From: Candidatus Pampinifervens sinense
Lineage (GTDB): Bacteria; Aquificota; Aquificia; Aquificales; Aquificaceae
Direction: 5' to 3'
Length of the DNA stretch: 64,000 nucleotides
NCBI GenBank assembly: GCA_037927135.1
Contig: JAXSPP010000004.1
Location: 1 to 64,000 of the forward strand
The position numbers were made by a program, and so were the translations under genes. Positions 34,988 to 43,472 of this stretch are shown here, one piece after another. A model generated the notes under the pieces. That model saw only the letters and a program-made list of their open reading frames with translations. It was not told the DNA's origin and did not search any database. The first letter of the stretch is position 1. Each line of letters starts with the position of its first letter.

Positions 34988-35806
34988 ATGAAGCCTGTTT
35001 TGTTGCTTTCGGAAACCCACAGAGTAAAAAAGCTTTTGAGAAGCTTAAGGCTAAACACCGTATGTGAAGAGTCTAGATGTCCAAACATAGGTGAATGTTT
35101 TGGGGCTGGCACGGCCACCTTTATGATACTGGGGGATAGGTGTACAAGAGGCTGTACTTTTTGCAATTTAGAAAGGGGCAAGACAAGGGCACCAAACCCA
35201 GAGGAGCCATACTTACTTCTTCAGGCGGTAAAAAGCCTTGGATTAAACTATGTGGTCATCACCTCACCCACAAGGGATGACCTCAGCGATGGTGGGGCAG
35301 AGCATTTCTACAGATGTGTAAAGCTTTTAAAGGATGAGATAGAGCATATAAAGGTGGAGGTGCTTGTGCCGGACTTTAGGGGAAGTGTGGAGTCTCTCAG
35401 GCTTGTGCTCTCCGCTGGTCCAGATGTTCTGGCTCATAATGTGGAAACGGTGCCAAGGCTATATCCAAAGGTTAGAATTGGCTCCAAGTATGAGAGAAGC
35501 CTAGAGGTGTTAAAAAATTCAAAGCTTATCAATCCACAGATTCCTACAAAGTCTGCCTTGATATTGGGCTTTGGGGAAAGCTGGGAGGAGATTATTGAGG
35601 TTTTAAAAGATCTTAGAAAGGTGGACTGCGATTTTATTACCATAGGCCAATACTATCAGCCTTCTAAGCTTCACCATCCTGTGGTCAAATACTACACTCA
35701 GGAAGAGTTTATGGAGCTTGAGAAGATAGCCTACTCCCTTGGTTTTAAAAGGGCAAAGGCTGGAGCTCACATAAGGAGCTCCTATAGAGCTTGGGAGCTT
35801 ATTTAA
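34988..35806 (+). CDS. lipA: Lipoyl synthase
   Basis: CEESRCPNIGEC auxiliary-cluster motif, CTRGCTFC radical-SAM motif, HNVETV and RSSY. Confidence 0.96.
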   Translation: MKPVLLLSETHRVKKLLRSLRLNTVCEESRCPNIGECFGAGTATFMILGDRCTRGCTFCNLERGKTRAPNPEEPYLLLQAVKSLGLNYVVITSPTRDDLSDGGAEHFYRCVKLLKDEIEHIKVEVLVPDFRGSVESLRLVLSAGPDVLAHNVETVPRLYPKVRIGSKYERSLEVLKNSKLINPQIPTKSALILGFGESWEEIIEVLKDLRKVDCDFITIGQYYQPSKLHHPVVKYYTQEEFMELEKIAYSLGFKRAKAGAHIRSSYRAWELI

Positions 35807-35807
35807 A

Positions 35808-36683
35808 TCATTCTCCTTTTGCCTCTTTTAGGGCCTGCTTTATATCCTGATCGGCCTTTCTAAAAATCTCTGCATTCTCTTTGCTAAGGTGCTTCCCATA
35901 AACCTTTAAGAGAAAAGGTATGTTTATATAGCCTGTGGCTACCTTACCCTCCTTCTCGTAAAGGTATACCCTGCATGGGGCCAGCGTTCCAAACTGGGGT
36001 ATGTCCTTCAGTATGGCTTCTCCGTAGGTAAGGTTGCATGCCAGGAAGATGGATAGCTTTGGGCTCTCTTGTCTTATGTCCATTATGTCAAGGATGTTCA
36101 TATTTACACCGTCCAGCGCCGTCTTATAAAGTGTTTTAAAGGTTTCAAAGTCCATATTTTCTATAACTTCCTCATATACTAAGTTTTCCTTTATATGTGG
36201 AGCCTGTGGAACCTTTGGCCTATTTGTGCTTACCTTTGTCAAAGCGATGTGTAGCCTTTTATACACATCTCTTATTGCTTTCTTCTCCGAGGGATCTAAA
36301 GCCTTTTCGTACTTTGAGAGGAATACCTTATGGTTTATAACCGTTGCCCTTATCTTGCCTTTATCCTCATAAACGGCCACACTACATGGTGCTATGTTTG
36401 TAAGGGCTGGAGCCTTTATCAACACACTGTCCATACCGTCAAACCTGCAGCCAAAGATGACATAGTAATTCCTGAAAGCTTTGTTTCCTCTTGCCCTTAT
36501 GGCATCGGATATGGTGAGTGTTCTCATCACCTTTAGCCCTTGTTCTTCCATACTCTTTTTTACAGCTTCCACACCAGCCTTAAAGTCCTTTTCTTTCAAG
36601 TTGTAGGTAATATACATTATCCGCAGAGGGTCCATTGCAAAAACAAAAAGGGGAAGGAAGAAAAGGAGAAAAGCCTTTAACAT
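35808..36683 (-). CDS. Periplasmic protein with tandem DUF302 domains, last gene of the sox operon
   Basis: Sec signal; two repeats, each with a C...APC(S/R)V.(V/L)YE motif. Confidence 0.75.
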   Translation of the reverse strand: MLKAFLLFFLPLFVFAMDPLRIMYITYNLKEKDFKAGVEAVKKSMEEQGLKVMRTLTISDAIRARGNKAFRNYYVIFGCRFDGMDSVLIKAPALTNIAPCSVAVYEDKGKIRATVINHKVFLSKYEKALDPSEKKAIRDVYKRLHIALTKVSTNRPKVPQAPHIKENLVYEEVIENMDFETFKTLYKTALDGVNMNILDIMDIRQESPKLSIFLACNLTYGEAILKDIPQFGTLAPCRVYLYEKEGKVATGYINIPFLLKVYGKHLSKENAEIFRKADQDIKQALKEAKGE

Positions 36684-36686
36684 CTT

Positions 36687-38429
36687 TCACCTCCAGTAGC
36701 AGTCTGTATTGTATGGATGGTCAAGCACTTTAACATTGGGCCTTCTCTCCACCTCTATATACTTCTTCTTCCTTATATAGTCTATCACAATCTCCCTTAT
36801 GTTCTTCTTTTCAGGCTCTACACCCATAGGTGGTGGGCCACCGTAGACGGCCACAAGGTATTCCTTATTTGGATCTAGGGGCTTGCCCCTTATCCTAACA
36901 TTCCTTATTCTCTCTCCCTGTTTGGCGTTTATCTTTAGTTCATACTCCACACCGTATATCCTGGACATGTCGCCTCCCTGTTGGTAAAGAGGGTTAGGAT
37001 TAAACACGTTGTCCGCCACATCCTCCCAAAGGGTCAAGAGGTCCCTTCCCTTCCTCTTCATTATAAAGACCTGTGGATAGGTTATACCAAGAACATTATA
37101 AACATGTTCTACGGTGATCTTTTGACCAGGTAGTACGGTGGGACCCCACCTGTATCCAGGAGAAGTAGCTACATCCAAGGACATTACCGCATCTACACCA
37201 TGGTAGTAGTCTGCTATAGCCTCTCCGATGAGCCTGTCCCATGTGCTGTATACTGTGTCTCTCTTGTAAAGCAATGTGCCAGCGGTGCCTATGACGGTGT
37301 TAAACTCTTGCTCATAAGGTTTGTACCACTTTTTAACAAGCTCCTTTGCTCCCTTGTCTTCGGGCACAACCTCTGAAAGCACTGGTATGAGTTTAAACCT
37401 GTAGCCATGAATCTTTCCGTTCCTAACATCTAGGTCCATCCTTCCTACAAACTTGCCGTGGGAACCTGGTGAGACTATTAGTGTGTCTCCAACCCTTACG
37501 GGTGTGGGTGTAATGTCGTGTGTGTGGCCAGAGATGACTATGTCTATACCTTTAACTATCTTCATAAGGGCTATGTCCAAGGGTAATCCGTCATGAGAGA
37601 GGAGTATTACAAGGTCTACCTTATGCTTTTCTCTTAGTTCATTGACATACTTTTGGAGCTCTTCCGGCCTTACACCAAAGCTCCATCCTTCTGTATACAC
37701 CCGTGGGTTGGCTATGGGTGTGAATGGGAAGGAGCTCCCTATTATACCTACCTTTACTCCACCCCTTTCTACCACATCGTAAGGTGGGAAGACCAGGTCT
37801 CCAAAGGGCTCCTCCGTTATGTTATAGGAGATAAACTTGGCCTTTAGCTTGTTTTTAACTATGTCTAGGAACTTTTCCTTTCCTACTGTAAAGTCCCAGT
37901 GGCCTACAATATAATCGTATCCCACATAGTTTAGCCAATCCACTACTGCTAAACCATCCGTCTTTAGGGCTATGCCAGAGGTTACCCATGTGTCTCCACC
38001 GTCAAGGATGAGGCATCTGTCCCTTCCCCTCTCATTTATTATGGTCTTTATTATGGTGGCCATCTGCGGAGCACCACCGGTCATGCCATAGAGTTTTGCA
38101 AGCCTTATGAAGCTCACACAAGATCCTGTATAGGCTTCCACAGTTCCAGGCTTTATATTGTAGTATCTCAAAAAGTCCATACCGGCCAAGTAGCCGGGTG
38201 TGCCTCTAAGGGGCTCTGGTGCCAAAAGGTTCATAGGCTCTGCAAAATATATGGGTTTTAGGTGTCCATGAATATCGGATGTGAATATGAGGGTGAGGTT
38301 TCCATAGGGTTTAAACTCCATAAGCTTTTCAAAGCTTACTGGCCTTTTGGCAAGGGCCTGTGGAGCAAGAAACAGAGAAGATATTCCTAAAGCGGAGTAG
38401 CTCAAAAATTCTCTTCTGCTTATACCCAT
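36687..38429 (-). CDS. soxB: Thiosulfohydrolase SoxB
   Basis: Tat signal SRREFL; SDIHG, DGGDTW, GHWDF, LSHDG, SGHTHD, GYRWG and QQGGDM motifs. Confidence 0.96.
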   Translation of the reverse strand: MGISRREFLSYSALGISSLFLAPQALAKRPVSFEKLMEFKPYGNLTLIFTSDIHGHLKPIYFAEPMNLLAPEPLRGTPGYLAGMDFLRYYNIKPGTVEAYTGSCVSFIRLAKLYGMTGGAPQMATIIKTIINERGRDRCLILDGGDTWVTSGIALKTDGLAVVDWLNYVGYDYIVGHWDFTVGKEKFLDIVKNKLKAKFISYNITEEPFGDLVFPPYDVVERGGVKVGIIGSSFPFTPIANPRVYTEGWSFGVRPEELQKYVNELREKHKVDLVILLSHDGLPLDIALMKIVKGIDIVISGHTHDITPTPVRVGDTLIVSPGSHGKFVGRMDLDVRNGKIHGYRFKLIPVLSEVVPEDKGAKELVKKWYKPYEQEFNTVIGTAGTLLYKRDTVYSTWDRLIGEAIADYYHGVDAVMSLDVATSPGYRWGPTVLPGQKITVEHVYNVLGITYPQVFIMKRKGRDLLTLWEDVADNVFNPNPLYQQGGDMSRIYGVEYELKINAKQGERIRNVRIRGKPLDPNKEYLVAVYGGPPPMGVEPEKKNIREIVIDYIRKKKYIEVERRPNVKVLDHPYNTDCYWR

Positions 38430-38446
38430 TTTTGTACCTCCATAAA

Positions 38447-38471
38447 GATTATAAAGGGGGCATGTGCCCCC
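38447..38471 (-). terminator. Intra-operon hairpin between soxX and soxB (weak terminator or mRNA stabiliser)
   Basis: Minus strand GGGGGC-ACAT-GCCCCC followed by TTTATAATC. Confidence 0.55.
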
Positions 38472-38478
38472 AGAAGGA

Positions 38479-39153
38479 TCATTTGTTGACAGGAGAATCT
38501 GGATGTAAGAGGAAGGCTACTATGTTTGCCACGTCTTCTGGTGAGAAGACACCGTGATAGCCAAACCTGGGCATGGAAGAACAAGGGAATGCAGACCAAG
38601 AGTTGTATACTATGTTATACACAGCCTTTATCTTTTCTATGGTCTCTGGAGAGTTTAAGTTTTCCTTGGTTATACCCCATCTTTTGCCATACTGGTAGAG
38701 GTTAGGTCCCATTGTACCACCCGGTTGACCTTTCTCTATCAGGTGACAAGCATAGCAGTTTCCACCCTTATCGGTAGGTTCATCGGAAAAGCCATAGCTT
38801 GCATACCTTCCTCCCCTTGGAGAATCTACAAGCTTTTTACCTTCCTTCCAATCTCCCATATAGATGCCCCATTGGGGGTATTTTATCTCTGCCTGGCTTA
38901 GCTGGATCACCTTTTGGACGGCGCTTGCTGGCATCTCCTCCCTGCTGGGATACTGAGAGCATATCCTTTGAGCTTCATCCTGCTTTATCTTCCACGCAAA
39001 CCTTGGGTCCGAAGAAAGGCCAGACTTTAAAACTTGCATCACTTCTTCTTGCTTTACAGCTTGTTCCTTCTTAGGCTGTACCTTTTTCTGCTGTGCTTGG
39101 ACCACACCAGCCACAAGGACAAAAAGCCCGGTTAATATTAATCCCTTCTTCAT
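38479..39153 (-). CDS. soxX: SoxX c-type cytochrome
   Basis: GGNCYACH heme site, GTMGPNL and CSSMPRFG motifs; ATG at 39153 behind a GGAGGTG SD. Confidence 0.95.
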   Translation of the reverse strand: MKKGLILTGLFVLVAGVVQAQQKKVQPKKEQAVKQEEVMQVLKSGLSSDPRFAWKIKQDEAQRICSQYPSREEMPASAVQKVIQLSQAEIKYPQWGIYMGDWKEGKKLVDSPRGGRYASYGFSDEPTDKGGNCYACHLIEKGQPGGTMGPNLYQYGKRWGITKENLNSPETIEKIKAVYNIVYNSWSAFPCSSMPRFGYHGVFSPEDVANIVAFLLHPDSPVNK

Positions 39154-39158
39154 GTTTA

Positions 39159-39998
39159 TCACCTCCCTATACCTGGTGCCTTTATCTCTGTGCCATTAGC
39201 CAAGCCATACAGGTATGTGGAAAGGGCCACTCCAAGGTCTGAATGTGGTATAAACTCAGGCCATCTCATCTGTCTTATACACTCTGCATACCTATAGTGC
39301 ATGGTCATAGGTAGGCCCCACCTCACCAGGTATTTGGGGAATATGGATACCGCTTGACCTGCTTCACCAGGCCTGTCTGCACTCCAAAGCCTTGTAGCTC
39401 TTATTCTTACTTCCTTAGTTCCTGCATGACAGGTAGCACAGTTAAAGTCCCAAGGCCCAAGCCTTGCGTAGTATATCTGCTTTCCTATTTCAAACATCTT
39501 TTTCACATGAGGATCCTTTAGATTCACGTTTATCTTGTGGCCGTTGGACTCCATGGTAAGGTACATGATTATGCCATCGTACTCACTCACACAGTTTCCA
39601 GTCTTACCCCAACATTCGCGGACAAACTTTAGCACCTGCTCCTGTGTCATTCCCGCATACTTTTGTAGGCACCAGCCTACCCTTGTTTCAAGGTCCATAA
39701 CCTTGCCCGCATCTGCAAAGTACCTTGGAAGTTGTGCGGCCGCACCCTTGAAGACACCGGGACCCAATCCCAGGTCGCACTTATCCAGGTTATACTTCTT
39801 TATGGCTGCCTTACCAACCTCATACCATATCTCTCCAGGATTTACACCCTCAGCCAACATTCTGTTAAACTCTTGAACCAACCTCATTTCTTCTTCTGGT
39901 GTAAGCTCCCTATCCGTTTGAGCAAAGGCCTTGGTAGAAAGAATACCACCTACCAAAGCACCAACTGTAAATACACCAAGGACTACCTTCTTTCTCAT
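39159..39998 (-). CDS. soxA: SoxA c-type cytochrome (single CxxCH)
   Basis: NPGE, LPRYFAD, DLETRVGWC and FNCATCH motifs; catalytic R..ECIRQMR. Confidence 0.95.
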   Translation of the reverse strand: MRKKVVLGVFTVGALVGGILSTKAFAQTDRELTPEEEMRLVQEFNRMLAEGVNPGEIWYEVGKAAIKKYNLDKCDLGLGPGVFKGAAAQLPRYFADAGKVMDLETRVGWCLQKYAGMTQEQVLKFVRECWGKTGNCVSEYDGIIMYLTMESNGHKINVNLKDPHVKKMFEIGKQIYYARLGPWDFNCATCHAGTKEVRIRATRLWSADRPGEAGQAVSIFPKYLVRWGLPMTMHYRYAECIRQMRWPEFIPHSDLGVALSTYLYGLANGTEIKAPGIGR

Positions 39999-40011
39999 GC
40001 CTTCTCCTCCC

Positions 40012-40338
40012 TCAAGATACCTTTATTTCTGCCGTCCTTTCCCATTTGCCACCCTTGTTGTCTTCGTAAACGATCTTAACGATACCGCTTTCTTCTACCT
40101 TTAGAGTGAGTGCCATAAAAGGATTGGCGCTTACACCAGCACCCATATTGACGGTGCTTACAAGCTTGTCATTAAAGAATAGGTCAAGCTTGGTAAGATG
40201 GTAAGCGGGTATGGTTTGACCTGTTTGAGGGTCCTTTCTTGGCGGTGTCATAGGATGAGTTATAACCATCTGGACCCTGACTATCTCTCCCTTCTTTGCC
40301 TCCTTTGGCACACGCAGTATACCAGTTCCTACAGCCAT
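40012..40338 (-). CDS. soxZ: Sulfur carrier SoxZ
   Basis: ITHPM..RKD.QTGQTIPA, VSANP and EDNKG motifs. Confidence 0.95.
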   Translation of the reverse strand: MAVGTGILRVPKEAKKGEIVRVQMVITHPMTPPRKDPQTGQTIPAYHLTKLDLFFNDKLVSTVNMGAGVSANPFMALTLKVEESGIVKIVYEDNKGGKWERTAEIKVS

Positions 40339-40391
40339 ATTACACCTCCTTTATGAGATTTATTAGCTTTTAGACTTTTCTTTTACTTTTT

Positions 40392-40835
40392 TTATCCGCA
40401 ACCACCAGCTGTTACCTTTACCTCCTTGGTGGCCATCACATAGGAGCCGTCCTTTAGTTTGAGTATGGCCCTAACGTTAGAGGTTTCTCCCATCTTTATC
40501 CTTGTGGAGAAGTATACTTGACCGTTCATAGGTGTAAAGCTTACATCGGCTATCCATGGCACAGGGTTCTTGTCCACAAAGATGTAGAGCTTTTCCACCT
40601 TGTCTACAGGTATGGTGGCTTCAACGGTTATAGGCACATTGGCACCAGATTCTGCTATGGTGGGGGCTGTAAGTTTTATATCTGCAGACTCTTTGATCTG
40701 GGAGAGCTGTACTCCTAGCCTCTTTTGGATCTCCTCTTCCAGCTTGGTAGCCCCAAAGGCTGGCCTAAAGGTTGGGACCATGGTAAGTCCCACAACTGCT
40801 GCTACAGACAAGATTAGAAACTTCCTCCTATCCAT
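40392..40835 (-). CDS. soxY: Sulfur carrier SoxY
   Basis: Tat signal DRRKFL; APTIAESGANVP; KNPVP; C-terminal VKVTAGGCG. Confidence 0.97.
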   Translation of the reverse strand: MDRRKFLILSVAAVVGLTMVPTFRPAFGATKLEEEIQKRLGVQLSQIKESADIKLTAPTIAESGANVPITVEATIPVDKVEKLYIFVDKNPVPWIADVSFTPMNGQVYFSTRIKMGETSNVRAILKLKDGSYVMATKEVKVTAGGCG

Positions 40836-40856
40836 GTCTATACCTCCTTAAAGTTT

Positions 40857-41261
40857 TTAGCATGTTTTCAAGTTTGTTCTTTTACATATACCGTTTATCA
40901 AATTCAGGACCTCTCCCCTTGACCTGCTGCCAAAGATGGCTCCAAGTATCTTGTCCTGCCTTGGGTCATAGAAAACTATGGTTGGCACGCCGGGAACACC
41001 TAGCTTCCTTGCCCATTTGCTACCCTCTTCTGAATATATATTAAGGCTAATTACCACAAAGTTTTCAAGCTTTCTTTGTACATCCTCCTGGTTTAGCACA
41101 AACTCTTCCATCTGGGCACAATAAGGACAATGCTTGCTATAAAAGTAGAAGGCCACTGGCTTGTTTTCTTTCTTTGAAGCCTCCAAACCCTTTTCTGCAT
41201 TTGTGAACCATCCACCCAATCCTATTCCTATAAACAAAAGCAGGCCTATAAGCGCCCTCAT
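40857..41261 (-). CDS. soxW: Periplasmic thioredoxin (SoxW-like)
   Basis: Signal peptide, CPYC active site, GVPT cis-Pro loop; first gene of the sox operon. Confidence 0.75.
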   Translation of the reverse strand: MRALIGLLLFIGIGLGGWFTNAEKGLEASKKENKPVAFYFYSKHCPYCAQMEEFVLNQEDVQRKLENFVVISLNIYSEEGSKWARKLGVPGVPTIVFYDPRQDKILGAIFGSRSRGEVLNLINGICKRTNLKTC

Positions 41262-41272
41262 AACACTTATCT

Positions 41273-41324
41273 ATGATACAGATTTGAGAATCGTTTGCAA
41301 TAAGAAGATTTTATGATAGCATAA
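41273..41324 (-). promoter_or_regulatory. Putative sox operon promoter with overlapping operator-like sites
   Basis: Minus strand TTGCAA-16 nt-TATCAT; Fur-box-like TTTGAGAATCGTTTGCAAT (41283-41301); inverted repeat TTATG-N4-CATAA (41311-41324). Confidence 0.45.
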
Positions 41325-41353
41325 GAACTATTAATGTCAGAATATAAGGATTT

Positions 41354-42205
41354 TTAATTTTCCTCAAGAGACCTTCTTTTATAACTTGCCTTAGAAAGAT
41401 AGCTTTCTAGCTTCAATGGATCTCCTTCTAGCATCAATCTTTTGAGCTCTTTTAGGGCTTCCTCAAAAACTACCATTGCCTTAATTACCTCATCTTTATT
41501 CTCAAGGAATATATCTCTCCACATGATGGGGTCTGAGGCTGCTATACGCGTAAAGTCTTTGAAGCCTCCACCAGGATATTTAAAAAGGTTTATTTTTTCG
41601 CTTAGCCTATCAATGGTTTCTATGAGGGCAAAGGCTACCGCATGGGGAAGGTGAGAGACAGCACCGAAAACAAAATCATGAAGGTATGGATCCATATCTT
41701 CCACAAGTGATCCAAGCCCTTCCCAAAGCTTTCTGATCTTTTCTTTTGCCACAGGGTCTGTGTTTGGAGTGGGTGTAAGCACAAACCTTTTTCCTTTAAA
41801 AAGATCCTTTAGTGCATTTTCAACGCCCGCTTTTTCTGTGCCAGCGATGGGATGGCCTCCCACAAACCTGCTTCCCAGGATCTCTTCCATTCTGTAAACA
41901 AGCCTACCTTTAACGGAGCCAAGGTCTGAAACTATGCACTTTGGGCTTATAAGTTCTTTTAAAGCTAGAGCTATGCCTTCAAAGGCCCTCACGGGCGTAG
42001 CAAGCATAACCAAGTCTGGGTTAAATTCTTTGATGTCTTCTATGGAAAGGCTCCCCTCATCTATTACTCCAAGCTCTAAGGCCTTTTCTATAGATTCCTT
42101 CTTTATATCAATGCCGAAGATCTTGGAACCGAAAGCCTCTTTGCATGCAAGGGCAAAGGAGCCTCCCATAAAGCCCACACCTATCACCGCTACCCTTTCA
42201 AACAT
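41354..42205 (-). CDS. tyrA: Prephenate dehydrogenase
   Basis: GVGFMGGS, DLGSVK, GGHPIAGTE, VSHLPH and GFKDFTRIA motifs. Confidence 0.95.
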   Translation of the reverse strand: MFERVAVIGVGFMGGSFALACKEAFGSKIFGIDIKKESIEKALELGVIDEGSLSIEDIKEFNPDLVMLATPVRAFEGIALALKELISPKCIVSDLGSVKGRLVYRMEEILGSRFVGGHPIAGTEKAGVENALKDLFKGKRFVLTPTPNTDPVAKEKIRKLWEGLGSLVEDMDPYLHDFVFGAVSHLPHAVAFALIETIDRLSEKINLFKYPGGGFKDFTRIAASDPIMWRDIFLENKDEVIKAMVVFEEALKELKRLMLEGDPLKLESYLSKASYKRRSLEEN

Positions 42206-43472
42206 CTTGATAGACCACCCTACCTTCAAAGATGGTGTATATTACTTTGCCTTTTAACGGTTTGTTCCAAAGGGGTGTGTTCCTTGATTTAGAAAAGTTT
42301 GTCTCTTCACCAAGTATCCATTCCCTTTCTGGATCAAAGAGGACAAGGTTTGCCTTTGCTCCCACCCTTATACTTCCACAGTCTTCCAAGCCTAATATTT
42401 TTGCCGGATTGCAGGCCATCAGCTCCACCATCTTTGAAAGACTGATGTGTCCTTCTTCCACAAGCTGGAGCATCATGGGAAGAGCTGTCTGCAGGCCTAT
42501 TATGCCCGGCATGGCCTTCTCCAAGGAACCCTTTTCCCATGGCGCGTGGGGTGCATGATCCGTGGCTACACAGTCTATGGTTCCATCCTTTAGGGCTTCA
42601 AGAAGGGCTTTTCTTTGATCTTCTCCCCTCAGTGGTGGGTTTACCTTGGCGTTGGCATAAGAGTTTAAAAGTTCAAGCTCGTTAAAAAGAAGGTGGTATG
42701 GGTTTACCTCACAGCTCACCCTTACTCCCTTATCCTTGAAAAACCTGATAATATCCAAGCTTAGACTACTGCTGACATGCTGTATGTGTATATGGCCACC
42801 TGTATAATAGGCTAAAACACAATCTCTGGCTACAAGGATGTCCTCCGCGGAGGCTGACCGCGAAGCCAAGCCCAAAAGGGAACTCACATATCCATCGTTT
42901 ATGTAGCCGTAAGCGATCCTGTCGTCTTCGCAGTGGTTCATAACAAGGCTTCCCAGCTGTGCGGTAAGCCTTAGGGCCTTTTCCATAAGGCCTGGGTCCA
43001 TAAGGGGAGATCCATCATCGGTAAAGGCCACACAGCCAGCCCTTTTTAGGGCATAAAAGTCTACAAGATCTTTGCCTTTCCTTCCTTTTGTTAAGGCTCC
43101 AGCGGGCAAAACCTTACAAAGCCCTATATCCTCCGCCTTCCTGATTATGTATTGGGCAACCTCTGGAGAGTCTATGGGTGGGTTTGTGTTTGGCATACAT
43201 ACAAGGGTGGTAAAACCGCCCGCCACCGCACTTTTCATACCACTTTCAAGGTCCTCTTTGTACTCCTGACCTGGGTCCCTCAAGTGCACATGCATATCCA
43301 CAAAGGAAGGGCAGGCTATAAGACCATGGGCATCTATTATCTGTGCCTCAAGCTCAAAAAGGCCATCTCCTACACTCTTTATACGACCCTTTTCTATGAG
43401 GATATCTTTGACGCTGTCAAGGCCTTGAGATGGGTCAATTACCCTTGCCCTTTTTATCAAGATCTTTGACAT
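42198..43472 (-). CDS. pyrC: Dihydroorotase
   Basis: DMHVHLRDPG, MPNTNP, KVNPPLR and ATDHAPH motifs. Confidence 0.96.
   Translation of the reverse strand: MSKILIKRARVIDPSQGLDSVKDILIEKGRIKSVGDGLFELEAQIIDAHGLIACPSFVDMHVHLRDPGQEYKEDLESGMKSAVAGGFTTLVCMPNTNPPIDSPEVAQYIIRKAEDIGLCKVLPAGALTKGRKGKDLVDFYALKRAGCVAFTDDGSPLMDPGLMEKALRLTAQLGSLVMNHCEDDRIAYGYINDGYVSSLLGLASRSASAEDILVARDCVLAYYTGGHIHIQHVSSSLSLDIIRFFKDKGVRVSCEVNPYHLLFNELELLNSYANAKVNPPLRGEDQRKALLEALKDGTIDCVATDHAPHAPWEKGSLEKAMPGIIGLQTALPMMLQLVEEGHISLSKMVELMACNPAKILGLEDCGSIRVGAKANLVLFDPEREWILGEETNFSKSRNTPLWNKPLKGKVIYTIFEGRVVYQDV

Noticed and set aside
34904-35020. N-terminal extension of the hemerythrin ORF
   Set aside because: It overlaps lipA and the promoter region; a strong SD precedes ATG 34903
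33188-41300. Possible genomic island integrated at tRNA-Leu and carrying sox
   Set aside because: No integrase and no duplicated tRNA 3' end were seen; the region lies on the tRNA 5' side and codon style looks native
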